The notes: a model not told the origin generated them from the letters alone. DNA of 51,980 nucleotides from a virus (IMGVR_UViG_3300012943_000009:1-51980); one strand, 5' to 3'; counted from the first letter of the stretch, positions 1 through 9,306 are shown. Made by a program: numbers and translations.

Positions 1-123
1 CCTGCAATAACCTTGTCCGGCACGATAGGTCGGATAAACTCTGCATATAGTTTTGAAGCCGCCTCAGCTTCGCTGACGTCCAGTTTCGCTGACTCAAAAT
101 GCACGATGTTGCCAAGAGCCTTA
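1..123. repeat. Exact terminal duplication (1-123 = 51858-51980); circular assembly overlap
   Basis: The two ends are identical and the primase-helicase ORF continues in frame across the join. Confidence 0.97.
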
Positions 124-308
124 CCACAGGCATGGCATCGGGCGCCTCCATGTCGGAGGTTGACTGAAAGAGAAGGTTTGATTTCGCGTCCATCTTTATG
201 CCATGGGCAGATTTGGTTTGCTCGGTTGATAGGTGTCCATTTCGGGAAACGCTTGGTGTAGAAAACTTGAGAGGGAACGGTTGCGATTACGTGTTGTTTT
301 AAGTCCAT
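1..308 (-). CDS. N-terminal CHC2 zinc-finger part of the primase-MCM helicase (continues into 51857..49196)
   Basis: Manual translation from ATG at 308 gives MDLKQHVIATVPSQ...ICPWHKD...PSLSVN...ARCHACGKALGNIVHFES, in frame with the 921-aa ORF; full protein about 989 aa. Confidence 0.9.
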   Translation of the reverse strand, partial: MDLKQHVIATVPSQVFYTKRFPKWTPINRANQICPWHKDGREIKPSLSVNLRHGGARCHACGKALGNIVHFESAKLDVSEAEAASKLYAEFIRPIVPDKVIA

Positions 309-422
309 TCACAGTGGAACTAGCAGAGGGTAGAAAGTCCGTATCGTGGACCAGACGCCCAGCTTATGGGCGGTTATACGTAACCGGCGGTAACGATGCG
401 CCCTGATTTGCAGGGCTGCAAA

Positions 423-1250
423 CTATTCGGACTCGGCGAGGCCTTGCAGGTAGGCGTTGGTGTATTGCCCATTCTGCTTGACCTTGACGATGACCTCGGG
501 ATTCTCCGCGGCCACGTCCTCGAAGATTTCCTCGAGGTCAGCGAGCAGGACGTCCTCGTAGCCGAGGACATCCAAGTCACCCTTGAGGAACGGAATGCCG
601 GGACCGGCTTCGCCGTCGTCGTCGCAGATTTGATACCACTGGCTGATGGTCTTGCCAGCGACACCTTCGTCTTCGTCTTCGTGACCCTCGTAGGTAACCT
701 TCACCTTGAGAGCACCTTGCTCTTCGTCCTCACCGGCGATTTCGCCTTCGAGTTCGTAGCCGCGGACGAGCATCTTGAAGTCGCCAGCAGGCATGAGGCC
801 GCGGCCGGGCTTGGTGGAGTCGAAGATATCGGCGAGGGAGCGCTTCTTCTTGCCCTTCGCCTTCTTCTTCTTGCTGCCCTTGCGAGGAGCAGGAGCTTCC
901 TCCTCCTCTTCTTCGTCCTCTTCGGGTTCATCTTCCGACACGTCGGCTTCGTCCTCGTCGGGTTCGTCCTCGTCAACGTCGGCTTCGTTGTCCTCGTCGA
1001 CCTCTTCGTCTTCGTCTTCGTCTTCGTCAACGGGAGCAGGAGCGGGCTTCTTCTTCTTCGCGGCGGCGGCGGCCTCCAAGAGGCGAGCTTTGCGCTGTTT
1101 CGGAGTTTCCACTTCCTCCTCCTCCTCCTCTTCGTCCTCGTCGACCTCTTCGGGTTCGACTTCACGAGCACGCTTCTTGAGCTTGGAAGAAGCCGGGGCC
1201 GGTGCCTTGGTATAAGGCTTCAGTTTGGTAACGGGCTTTTTAATGGCCAT
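423..1250 (-). CDS. Probable single-stranded DNA-binding protein (OB-fold C-terminus) with a long charged N-terminal low-complexity region
   Basis: C-terminal MPAGDFKMLV...LKVKVTY...GKTISQWY...VIVKVKQNGQYTNAY resembles phage SSB/DUF669-type proteins; directly downstream of the Sak4-like gene. Confidence 0.65.
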   Translation of the reverse strand: MAIKKPVTKLKPYTKAPAPASSKLKKRAREVEPEEVDEDEEEEEEEVETPKQRKARLLEAAAAAKKKKPAPAPVDEDEDEDEEVDEDNEADVDEDEPDEDEADVSEDEPEEDEEEEEEAPAPRKGSKKKKAKGKKKRSLADIFDSTKPGRGLMPAGDFKMLVRGYELEGEIAGEDEEQGALKVKVTYEGHEDEDEGVAGKTISQWYQICDDDGEAGPGIPFLKGDLDVLGYEDVLLADLEEIFEDVAAENPEVIVKVKQNGQYTNAYLQGLAESE

Positions 1251-1320
1251 ATGTTTTGGTGTCTAAGTTCCCTGTGGTTTGTTTGCTTGCAGCTTAGCAG
1301 TAATTTGCAGGGCTGCAAAA

Positions 1321-2226
1321 TCAACGCCGGGAGTGCGTCGAAAGTGTTTTCTTCTTAAGTTTTTTCTTGGCAGGACGACCCTCATCCTCCGCATCACGGT
1401 CTTCCTTGATCGCACCGATGTCTGCGGCGGCAGCCGCATCAGGGTTGGTGAAAAATTCCAGCAGTTGCTTGTAAGGTTTGTCGGGGTCCACGACATATTT
1501 CGCAGGCATGTAAATATCACGAGTGCGATTGCCCGCCAGCACTTCTTCATCGCCCTCGGTTTGCCAGATGCGGTCACGATACTTGTTCCCCTCTTGCCGT
1601 TGGCCGAACGATCCATGCAGGATCACATCCGCCTGAGAGTGTAGGAACTTGTAGATGCCACCGGGCAAGGAGGTTTCCTTCTTCGCAATCTTGGTCTTGT
1701 TCTTACCTAGCGATGCCTCATTGACTTGCTGGTGAGTAGTGAACGCGATGCCACGTCCAGTTGCCATGATAGCGCCGACCATCTGACGGAACGGTGTGTT
1801 CTGCACGATGTCGTAGCCGCGGCCGAAGTCACCACCATCTTGAGCATGTTGCCAGCGATATTTCTCGAGGTAGTAATCCGAGCACTTCTTTGCGGCCATG
1901 TCTGCCGTGTCGAAGATCACGAACTTGTATTTGTCTGAGGCGACGAGCGTCTTCTGACACTGCGTCATGGTCATGTGCATGATGCCATCGTCGTCGATGT
2001 AAGGCTTGAAGTCTTTGTCGTGCCATTTGTCGATGAAGATCGTCGGGCACTTCTGAAACTGGAAGCCGCGCTCAAAAGCAACGAGCACAGCCTCGGGGAA
2101 GTCGCAGAAGAATGTGGTCTTACCCCACTTGGGGACGGTGATGGCGAGATACACCAGCGACAGCGGTGTAGCCAGTGGCTTGCGTGGTTTGGTGGGAAGC
2201 ATGGCTTCCATTTCTTCGAGGTCCAT
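1321..2226 (-). CDS. Sak4/AAA_24-like P-loop ssDNA-annealing recombinase
   Basis: PKWGKTT Walker A, VIFDT Walker B, FTTHQ and ADVILH motifs; lies between an exonuclease and an SSB. Confidence 0.75.
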   Translation of the reverse strand: MDLEEMEAMLPTKPRKPLATPLSLVYLAITVPKWGKTTFFCDFPEAVLVAFERGFQFQKCPTIFIDKWHDKDFKPYIDDDGIMHMTMTQCQKTLVASDKYKFVIFDTADMAAKKCSDYYLEKYRWQHAQDGGDFGRGYDIVQNTPFRQMVGAIMATGRGIAFTTHQQVNEASLGKNKTKIAKKETSLPGGIYKFLHSQADVILHGSFGQRQEGNKYRDRIWQTEGDEEVLAGNRTRDIYMPAKYVVDPDKPYKQLLEFFTNPDAAAAADIGAIKEDRDAEDEGRPAKKKLKKKTLSTHSRR

Positions 2227-2255
2227 AATGTGATTTTGCAGGGCTGCAAAAAGGG

Positions 2256-3242
2256 TTAAGCTAGTTCGACGTGTTTGGTTTCGCGGCGGGTGTAATTGTG
2301 ACCATCACGCAGGTAGCCGTGTTTGCAGATGGAGAGGAACTGACAGGTCGATCCATACTTCACACAAGTGTGAGTATTTTGGTTTCGAGCCAATGCTTCT
2401 ACTATATTAGCAGGTGTGGCAGCTTGTGTCAATAGCTTGATCCGTTCCACCTTAGGGATCAGGACACGTTGCTCGAAGTGTTCCATCGAGTTCTTGATCA
2501 TCGGCAAGGGGTGACGCTGGAAATACTTCAACGGCTCTTGAATCATGGCCTGACGAACACGGACCATGAACGATGCAACGCTTTCGTTCTTGCCCAGCCG
2601 CAACTGTGGCTTGCGGATACCGTTCACGAGGAACTTGTCGATCTTGATCTTCTTCGCCTTCTGCACAAGCCAGATGTAGAACATGAACTGGAAGCGGAAG
2701 TTCCAACCCTCGTAGTCATCAAGGCCATACGTCTTATGATCGTCGAGCACGTTGCCCTTCACGCCATCGACACAGTGACCCACGTCGATCTTGCCCTTGA
2801 GCTTCACGTCTCTGAATGTGAACTCGACTGTCTCTTCGACAGCCCACGTGGACCATGTAGCCAGATCGTCAGCATAGAACTGGAAGTATTGCTCCATCTG
2901 CACTTGCAAGATGCCTTGCCACATGTCCCGCTCCTGCTCTTGTTGGCTGGTGAGGATAGTGCCTTCCGGAAATTGCAGGGCTGCAATTTTCTCCGTGCCG
3001 TCTCGATAGAAGTCAGCGAGAGTCTCATGCACAGCATCGCCATACACGAAGTGCCACTCGAAGCCACCCTTCTTCTCCAGTCGTTGGTTGTAGCTGAGAT
3101 ACCACTTCTCTGCACAGTCGTCCCACGTGCCAATCTCTGACTGTGTGAAGCCTTCCTTGAACGTCTGCGGAAGCAGGACGGTGTGATTGTCAGCAGGCAG
3201 CAGCAGCTTAGGGCTGCGCTTCTCAATAGGTAGGAGTGCCAT
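2256..3242 (-). CDS. PD-(D/E)xK exonuclease (Cas4/RecB-like)
   Basis: S..WDDC..KWY, GDAVHE, EE, GKID, DHKT and C-terminal C..C.F..IC; start placed at ATG 3242 just after the upstream stop. Confidence 0.85.
   Translation of the reverse strand: MALLPIEKRSPKLLLPADNHTVLLPQTFKEGFTQSEIGTWDDCAEKWYLSYNQRLEKKGGFEWHFVYGDAVHETLADFYRDGTEKIAALQFPEGTILTSQQEQERDMWQGILQVQMEQYFQFYADDLATWSTWAVEETVEFTFRDVKLKGKIDVGHCVDGVKGNVLDDHKTYGLDDYEGWNFRFQFMFYIWLVQKAKKIKIDKFLVNGIRKPQLRLGKNESVASFMVRVRQAMIQEPLKYFQRHPLPMIKNSMEHFEQRVLIPKVERIKLLTQAATPANIVEALARNQNTHTCVKYGSTCQFLSICKHGYLRDGHNYTRRETKHVELA
2404..2432 (-). promoter_or_regulatory. Internal sigma70-type promoter
   Basis: TTGACA-N17-TAATAT on the minus strand inside the nuclease gene, pointing at Sak4/SSB. 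Confidence 0.6.
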
Positions 3243-3243
3243 G

Positions 3244-4026
3244 TTAGTGCTTCTTGCGGCTGCGTTTGCGTTTGCCATTGCCCGGTCCTTTGCTTGGCGG
3301 AGCCTCGGGTTGCTTTGGCTTAGGCTCAGGGTCAGGCATCCTTTCCTTTCGGAGAACGAGCGGCGGAACCTCAGGTCCACCGTCAATGACTGTTACCTCT
3401 GTCGTTGCAGGAGGCACGACTTGCAGACCTGCAATTCCGAACAACGGAGGCACAGGTGCAGAAGGATGCTCTTCTGGAGGCGGAGTAAACTCCATCACTT
3501 TGGGCTCTTCCGGTTCACCACGCTTCGCAGCAAGCGTAGCCTGCCGCACACGGAGTTCACCAATCCAGTTGCTCGTCCATTGCATGCAAGAGATAACCAA
3601 GCACGCCACTCGCAGGAGAGATTCCTGAAAGGAAACGGGGTGTAGAATCGCTTGAGCACACTCACGAATCTGGAGCATGACCTGTTCGATCAGTTCACGC
3701 GGATCGCCAGCACCCATCATCTCCCACATGAGTTTGCCCTCGAACTCTGGCGATGCTTCCTGTCGGAGCAACTCCCGTTCGATAGCCATGTAGTAGTCCT
3801 CACGACCTGATGAGAGGGGAAAGACTGCGAAGTTGCTGGCCTCTGATAGGTTAGCTAACTCCAGCGCCTTCCAGATAGCTTGTTCGAGTGTCATCGTAGC
3901 GATCGGCCCGAGAGGAATGTCGATTCCGCTGGGCTTTCGCACCACGAATGTGGGCTGTGTGTCTTTGTCACCTGCCACCTGAATGTCGAGGACGGTAGCG
4001 AGAGCTTGAGAGAGTTGAAGTTTCAC
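3244..4026 (-). CDS. Hypothetical protein with a possible degenerate MazG-like helical segment
   Basis: Coupled ORF; AIERELLRQE...ESLLRVACLVISCMQW weakly resembles phage MazG-like proteins; Pro-rich tail. Confidence 0.5.
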   Translation of the reverse strand: MKLQLSQALATVLDIQVAGDKDTQPTFVVRKPSGIDIPLGPIATMTLEQAIWKALELANLSEASNFAVFPLSSGREDYYMAIERELLRQEASPEFEGKLMWEMMGAGDPRELIEQVMLQIRECAQAILHPVSFQESLLRVACLVISCMQWTSNWIGELRVRQATLAAKRGEPEEPKVMEFTPPPEEHPSAPVPPLFGIAGLQVVPPATTEVTVIDGGPEVPPLVLRKERMPDPEPKPKQPEAPPSKGPGNGKRKRSRKKH

Positions 4027-4568
4027 GATTGTTTGAAGAGGCTGAGGAGGAGTTCGTATTCCGATGTATTGATAGACGCAGGGTTGAGCATGGCTCGAGT
4101 GATCAGGCCATTCTCTAACTCTGAGAACTGTGCAGCACTACTATGCAGACGGCTGGCAATCTCAGTCATGACCACTGCTTGAGCAGGGGTAATCGTTTTT
4201 GCAGGGCTGCAAAAGTTTTCGACCTGACCGCTACCTACCGTTTCGCCGGTGCTTTTCATCGGCAGGTCAGGCTGCGCAGGAAGCGGAGCGAGTTCGCCAG
4301 CGATGCCAGCATACCCACCGATATCGACGTAATTGTCAGCGTGAGTGGGGTTGAGGGCGATGCGCGCTACCTTCTGGAGGACGCACATCACAGCCACATC
4401 ATGTGGCATCAGTGGACCTTGAGGGTGAACGGACAGGTAGTTTGTCCACAGCGCGGCGATCAACTCATGTGATACATGAGGGTCGCCGTATTCTTCTTGG
4501 CGCGAGCCGGTGATTTTGGTGATGGCATCCGTGAGGATGTCAGCGCGATTATGGGTGGATGCTTTCAT
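4023..4568 (-). CDS. DUF6378-like phage protein
   Basis: IL..A...ITG.RQ.EYGDP...IA.LW..YL...DVA.M..L.KVAR...H.DNYVDI.GYA signature. Confidence 0.8.
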   Translation of the reverse strand: MKASTHNRADILTDAITKITGSRQEEYGDPHVSHELIAALWTNYLSVHPQGPLMPHDVAVMCVLQKVARIALNPTHADNYVDIGGYAGIAGELAPLPAQPDLPMKSTGETVGSGQVENFCSPAKTITPAQAVVMTEIASRLHSSAAQFSELENGLITRAMLNPASINTSEYELLLSLFKQS

Positions 4569-4891
4569 GCGATTACAATGCGGCCGATGTTGAGTTCGAT
4601 AGAGACTTGGCCAAATTCATCTACCTCGGTGGTGTTTTCGATCGCCTCTTTGAGAGGGATCATGATGGAGTTGAAGATCGAAGAAAACGATTTGTTCACA
4701 CGAGGATCATTGCACCAGTTACGGATCACGAAGTATGCTCCTTCGATTTCACCTATACGTGGGCGGAAGCCTGTGTATGTGTTCTCTTGGTTGATTTTAC
4801 GACCTCGGTTAAAGGCACGGACGAGTTCGCCCGACCCCCAACCTTTGCCCGATCTTGTTTTAGGTGGTGTTATTTTGGTTGTTGTGCTCAT
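4565..4891 (-). CDS. Hypothetical protein
   Basis: Overlapping start/stop with both neighbours. Confidence 0.65.
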   Translation of the reverse strand: MSTTTKITPPKTRSGKGWGSGELVRAFNRGRKINQENTYTGFRPRIGEIEGAYFVIRNWCNDPRVNKSFSSIFNSIMIPLKEAIENTTEVDEFGQVSIELNIGRIVIA

Positions 4892-6297
4892 GTTGATTTG
4901 ATCCAGTCGGCTACGCCTTCGGTGATAAGTTTGCGTTCATCACGGCCAGAAGCCAATGTCGTGCGATAGACATGGGAATCCAACGACCCAGCCACTTGGA
5001 GATACTTGTAGAAACACGTAGAATGTTGCGAAGCCCGTCCCCGATCGGTCCGTCCGCGGGACTGCTGCATATCAAGCCATTTGAAATTAGATGAATAGTA
5101 AATGGCGTAAGGAGTGTTTGCGAAATGATTGACTGACGACCCGCTCGCTTCTGTTGCCAGACATACACGAGCGTCACCGCGGCGCCAAGCGTCCAAGTCA
5201 AAAGGGTGTCCAGATAACATTTGCAGGACTGCAAATGGAGCATGGCGAGCGAGCATCTTAACATCATGACGGAACGCACACCATACGACGACCGAGTGTC
5301 CGGCAGTAACAATGTCGGAGACTTCATCCCACAGCTTTTCAGCTTTATTGCTTGGGACAGGGCGATAGATTCCCTCGTCAGTCTTGATCCAACCATCTGC
5401 AATCTGTTGAGCCTTAACGCTAATGACGATAGCGTGATCATACTCCAGATCAAGCTCTTCAATCGAGTAGAATTCTTTGAGTTCATGGAAGTATTGAAGT
5501 TGCTTAGGAGTTGGTTCAATCGTGTGGAACTGTTCGTGTATGAGACGGTCGCCTTCGGGAAAGTGAATAGAGGCAACCTCACGTAGGGAACGCATGATCT
5601 TCTTGTAGCTACCTTTACGCGGGACGGTGCGAGGAAAGTGTTCATTGCCTATTTGGATGGACTTCTGATAGAGAGAGCGGAACTTGGTTAGGGATGGGGC
5701 TAGGAATCTGTGTTTCTGCACAGCGGATGCTTGGTTATACACTTCGCATGTATCTCGTGCCTTCATGATGGTGCCACTTAACCCAGCGGAGAAGCGGTTA
5801 CGTGTCAGCAAGTGAGCACACTTGGATCGTTCGGACTTGTTATTTGCATACATCCACAGTTCGTCGATCACTACGAAGCGGATCATTGGGTTGTTTTGCA
5901 GGGCTGCAAAACGCTGATTGCGGGTGGTCTTTCCTTTGCGCTTGCGACCACGGGCCATGTCGCCTGCGCTGATCAACAGGAAGACGGGCTTGCGACCGGG
6001 AGGGTGAACGGGTATGTCGTTAGTGTAGACTGAGGGTTTGTAAAAGCAGCGACGGATTTCCTCTTCCCAATCTTGGAAGGCAGACTTGCGGCACACCACC
6101 AAGCAGATGCTCGGCAATGCCCAGCGATATGCATTTTGCAGGGCTGCAAAAAGGAACAATGCGATGCGAGTCTTACCCTCGCCCACCTTCCACCACACGA
6201 TGCCTCCTCGTGAGCGCGTGAGCTTACGAACAGCATCATGCTGCTGCGGAAACAGAAAGCGCTCTGCGTATTTAGCGTAGAGGGGGTAACGATTCAT
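4888..6297 (-). CDS. SF2 (SNF2-like) helicase/ATPase
   Basis: LFPQQ, VGEGKT, VIDE, LSGT, VVWC.F and QQSRGRTDR motifs. Confidence 0.85.
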   Translation of the reverse strand: MNRYPLYAKYAERFLFPQQHDAVRKLTRSRGGIVWWKVGEGKTRIALFLFAALQNAYRWALPSICLVVCRKSAFQDWEEEIRRCFYKPSVYTNDIPVHPPGRKPVFLLISAGDMARGRKRKGKTTRNQRFAALQNNPMIRFVVIDELWMYANNKSERSKCAHLLTRNRFSAGLSGTIMKARDTCEVYNQASAVQKHRFLAPSLTKFRSLYQKSIQIGNEHFPRTVPRKGSYKKIMRSLREVASIHFPEGDRLIHEQFHTIEPTPKQLQYFHELKEFYSIEELDLEYDHAIVISVKAQQIADGWIKTDEGIYRPVPSNKAEKLWDEVSDIVTAGHSVVVWCAFRHDVKMLARHAPFAVLQMLSGHPFDLDAWRRGDARVCLATEASGSSVNHFANTPYAIYYSSNFKWLDMQQSRGRTDRGRASQHSTCFYKYLQVAGSLDSHVYRTTLASGRDERKLITEGVADWIKST

Positions 6298-6932
6298 TGA
6301 AGCACGATGGTATTAGCAGTCTCGAAGGATTGGAAGAAGTGACGGTTGCGGATTTCGTGGTTGAGTTCTTTGAGCAAGCGCTCGTCGCTATGCCAGAATG
6401 CACTCAACTGGCAGATGCCTACCCATGCAATCTCTGTCTCCACTTGCCACGAGCGGTAGTATAGGCGAGCCGCATGTGGGCCGAACGACTCGCCCGGATA
6501 GCGTTCGATAGTGATAAAGAACCCCTTCGAGTAGCCGATGAAGATAACGTCGAACCCGCCGAACACAGGCATCCTTTCCTTTTCAGGATTCCGTGCCCAC
6601 ACCATAGGTGTGCGCCACCAACGCCACTCACGCCTGAATTTGCGCAGCAGCATTGCACCATTCGTAACCTCCAAGTCCTTCGGCGCAAGCTCCCAGCACG
6701 CAGCGTCTGAGTCAGCGAACTTGAATCCTGCAATGTCCATGCCAATAGGCTCAGGCTTGGAAGGACCGAGCGGCAGCGACCAACTTGAGGTCGTGCACCT
6801 AAACCACTTCTGCCCCGGCGGCAGAGTGGGTAGCTTAGACACACGCTCAAGCTTGATCTTAGGGCGTGGACTCTTCTTAAACCTAGGTTCACGCTTCGGT
6901 TTATTCCGGCGGGGATCATCGCTGAAATTCAT
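6294..6932 (-). CDS. Hypothetical protein
   Basis: Coupled 212-aa ORF within the operon. Confidence 0.6.
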   Translation of the reverse strand: MNFSDDPRRNKPKREPRFKKSPRPKIKLERVSKLPTLPPGQKWFRCTTSSWSLPLGPSKPEPIGMDIAGFKFADSDAACWELAPKDLEVTNGAMLLRKFRREWRWWRTPMVWARNPEKERMPVFGGFDVIFIGYSKGFFITIERYPGESFGPHAARLYYRSWQVETEIAWVGICQLSAFWHSDERLLKELNHEIRNRHFFQSFETANTIVLQ

Positions 6933-6933
6933 G

Positions 6934-7800
6934 TCAGCTAGCTTGGCCAGCAGCGATCAGTTTCTTGACTTGCTTGACCAGCCCGATGAACTCGGGCAGC
7001 CGCTTGTGTTTGATGGCGTGGCTCGCCTCATGGACGATGGAGTTCTCGATTGCCCGTCCTGAGACTTCGAACTCGGACAGCTTCTCGCATTGCGCCGTCG
7101 TGAGTTGCATCGGGAACCGCTTGGGAATCTTACATTGCCACAAGCGGACTCGCTCAGCATAGCCCGGCATTCCGATTTGCAGGGCTGCAAAACACCGACT
7201 CTTTAATGCGGGGTCGATGATATCCTCGCGGTTCGTAGCTGCCACGACCAAGCCCGGATACTTAGCAACCTGCATGAGGATTTCGTCGATGACACCGACC
7301 ATCCACATCGAGTCAGAACCCGCACGGCCACGGTCCCACACGACAGCCTCACACTCGTCCATGAATACGGTTTTCATTCCGTTCAACCGAGCTTGAGTGA
7401 ATGTCTCGTGCACCATGCGTTCTGTATGACCGGGAGCTTTACCTCCCACGTCCTTCATGTTCAGCGTGTCCATGCCACGGCCACAACGCTTGCTCATATA
7501 CTCCGCGATCTTGGTCTTACCTGTGCCCGGAGGCCCATAGAGCAGGACCATGTTGCCTTGCTTGCGGATCGTGTCCATGCCCCACTCAACCCACCGTTGC
7601 TTGTTGGTGAACTGTGCGAGGGCAGCCTCGACCTCGTCCTCGATTTCCGGGGACATGATGGGCTTGTTTGCTATCGTTATTTTTACTTTGCTCATTTTGC
7701 GTATGCGATCGTTAATTTTTACTAGGATTTGCAGGGCTGCAAATTCTGCAGCTTCACTGGAGTCAGGTTTCACAGACCGTTCTCTATTTCTTACTTTCAT
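6934..7800 (-). CDS. Classic AAA+ ATPase
   Basis: GPPGTGKT, VFMDECE and second region of homology AATNREDIIDPALKSR. Confidence 0.9.
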   Translation of the reverse strand: MKVRNRERSVKPDSSEAAEFAALQILVKINDRIRKMSKVKITIANKPIMSPEIEDEVEAALAQFTNKQRWVEWGMDTIRKQGNMVLLYGPPGTGKTKIAEYMSKRCGRGMDTLNMKDVGGKAPGHTERMVHETFTQARLNGMKTVFMDECEAVVWDRGRAGSDSMWMVGVIDEILMQVAKYPGLVVAATNREDIIDPALKSRCFAALQIGMPGYAERVRLWQCKIPKRFPMQLTTAQCEKLSEFEVSGRAIENSIVHEASHAIKHKRLPEFIGLVKQVKKLIAAGQAS

Positions 7801-7805
7801 ATAAT

Positions 7806-7833
7806 ATTATACCACATCTACAGCTTGTGTCAA
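7806..7833 (-). promoter_or_regulatory. Sigma70-type promoter, leaderless
   Basis: TTGACA-N16-TATAAT with an extended TG, 5 nt before ATG 7800. Confidence 0.75.
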
Positions 7834-7870
7834 GCTCTAAGTGTGGCACGTAACTGAAAGGAAAGGATTA

Positions 7871-8218
7871 CTACTTGGCGGGGAACAGCTTCGCAGCTAT
7901 GTCGTTACGGAAGAGAATGACGTTCGATTCTTTGATCACGAACACCACCATTTCACCGAGGTCGAGACGATACTCGGAGGTAGAGTCGAACGTGACGAAC
8001 ATGCCTTCCTTGAGATCGGACCCTACGTCTGGCCCGAGCTTGAGTATCTGCCCCTCGTTGAGAAACTTACGTGCCTGTTCGGGAATGATGATACCACCTG
8101 CGGTCTGCTCCTCTTCCTGTTCAGGCTTGAGCATGATGTAGTCGCCGAAGGGGTGATAGTCCGTGGCCTTGACCACAGGATTGGGTTTGCGTTTGCGGGG
8201 TGCGGGTTGGGTAGCCAT
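7871..8218 (-). CDS. groES: Co-chaperonin GroES (Cpn10) homolog
   Basis: HPFGDYIMLK.E.EEQTAGGIIIPEQA...GQILKLGP...LKEG..V.F...VIKESNVI. Confidence 0.9.
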   Translation of the reverse strand: MATQPAPRKRKPNPVVKATDYHPFGDYIMLKPEQEEEQTAGGIIIPEQARKFLNEGQILKLGPDVGSDLKEGMFVTFDSTSEYRLDLGEMVVFVIKESNVILFRNDIAAKLFPAK

Positions 8219-8303
8219 AAAGTTGGGTTTTGCAGGGCTGCAAAAGTGCGAAGAAGAGGGGCAGGACTCTGTGAAAGTCCCACCCCTCCCATCGCACCGC
8301 AAG

Positions 8304-8915
8304 TTACTTGATCTGGGCGGCTTTGAGTTCGGCTTCGACGCCGACCAAGATTTCCCGGCGAGCGAGGCCGGACTCTTTGGCCGCGGCAATGAACGCCTTG
8401 AGTGTGTTGGTATAGCGCGCTTCCTTGGCCGCCGGTTTGGACGACTTCGGATTCTTCTGCGTCTCCTTGGTGCGCTCACGGGCGATCTTCATGGTGATCT
8501 TGCCTGCCTTCAACTCTTCGAGGACTTCCTCGTTGTTGAAGATTTTCTTCATGCGGGAATACTGCGTCTGCGCAGTCTCGTAGTTGATGCCGCGGGCCTG
8601 CATCATGGACACGACGACCGTGTTGCGGTCGAGTTGCTTGTCCTGAATGAGTTCGACGAGTTCGACGAACACGGACTCGGCCTTGGCAACGGCTTCGTCG
8701 TAGCTTTCGAACAAGCCCACGAGTTCCTCGTTCGGCTTCGCATCTTCCTTGCTCGTGACCTTGGCTTTCGCCTTGGCGCCGGGCTTGGCACCAGCAGTCT
8801 CTTCATTTTCGTCCTCGTCCTCTTCGACAGCGGCTGAGGGGGCGCCCCGACCCGGACCCTTCTTGAGGACGGACGTGGACGTTGCGGCGATTGCGGATTT
8901 CTTTTTAATGGCCAT
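8304..8915 (-). CDS. Putative DNA-binding protein with a ParB/KorB-like HTH segment
   Basis: INYETAQTQYSRMKKIFNNEEVLEELKAGKITMKIARE resembles the ParB HTH followed by the L.eev...l..Gkis.ghAr segment; has its own promoter. Function is inferred. Confidence 0.45.
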   Translation of the reverse strand: MAIKKKSAIAATSTSVLKKGPGRGAPSAAVEEDEDENEETAGAKPGAKAKAKVTSKEDAKPNEELVGLFESYDEAVAKAESVFVELVELIQDKQLDRNTVVVSMMQARGINYETAQTQYSRMKKIFNNEEVLEELKAGKITMKIARERTKETQKNPKSSKPAAKEARYTNTLKAFIAAAKESGLARREILVGVEAELKAAQIK

Positions 8916-9008
8916 ATGGCATTCTGTGGTTTTGTTTGGTTTGTGATTTTGCAGGGCTGCAAAACCGGAGTGGCTTTGCTCTTGGCCCTGTTTCAATCGT
9001 GAGTCTAA

Positions 9009-9037
9009 ATATTAACAGGTTATGTTGCTTAAGTCAA
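9009..9037 (-). promoter_or_regulatory. Sigma70-type promoter
   Basis: TTGACT-N17-TAATAT upstream of 8915, with a palindrome copy (8947) in the leader. Confidence 0.65.
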
Positions 9038-9306
9038 GGAGAATCTGGCATACCCCACTGACCTTGGCCGCCTATATCGTAGGGTAGTTTCTCCTTTGCT
9101 TTTTGCAGGGCTGCAATTTTGTTCTCCAGCTTTTCCACCTGCCGAGTGAGTTCCGCACGGTCACGAATGAGAGATCGGATGACCTTGAGACATAGCGTGT
9201 AGTTGTCCTTGCCGAATCGTTGCTTGGACTCTTGCTTAACCAGCCACGCCAGTGCCTCCATAGGGTTAACAGATTCATCGGGCTCAGGCTCATCCACGGG
9301 GATCAC
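9034..9306 (-). CDS. Hypothetical coiled-coil protein
   Basis: ORF overlapping the end of the ligase gene; heptad-like segment. Confidence 0.6.
   Translation of the reverse strand: MIPVDEPEPDESVNPMEALAWLVKQESKQRFGKDNYTLCLKVIRSLIRDRAELTRQVEKLENKIAALQKAKEKLPYDIGGQGQWGMPDSP

Noticed and set aside
1-123. 123-bp repeat as a biological direct terminal repeat
   Set aside because: It falls in the middle of the primase-helicase gene, as expected for an assembler overlap on a circular contig.
325-406. Cloverleaf-like structure as a tRNA
   Set aside because: No T-loop TTCRA consensus, D-loop GG or proper 7-bp acceptor stem.
396-1358. Long antisense and alternate-frame ORFs (e.g. 396-1358, 8163-8837, 18298-18745, 26204-26983)
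   Set aside because: Shadow ORFs of strongly codon-biased or low-complexity genes on the other strand.
2256-3242. Cas4-like gene as part of a CRISPR-Cas system
   Set aside because: No cas1/cas2 or array; its context (Sak4-like, SSB) is the usual phage recombination module.
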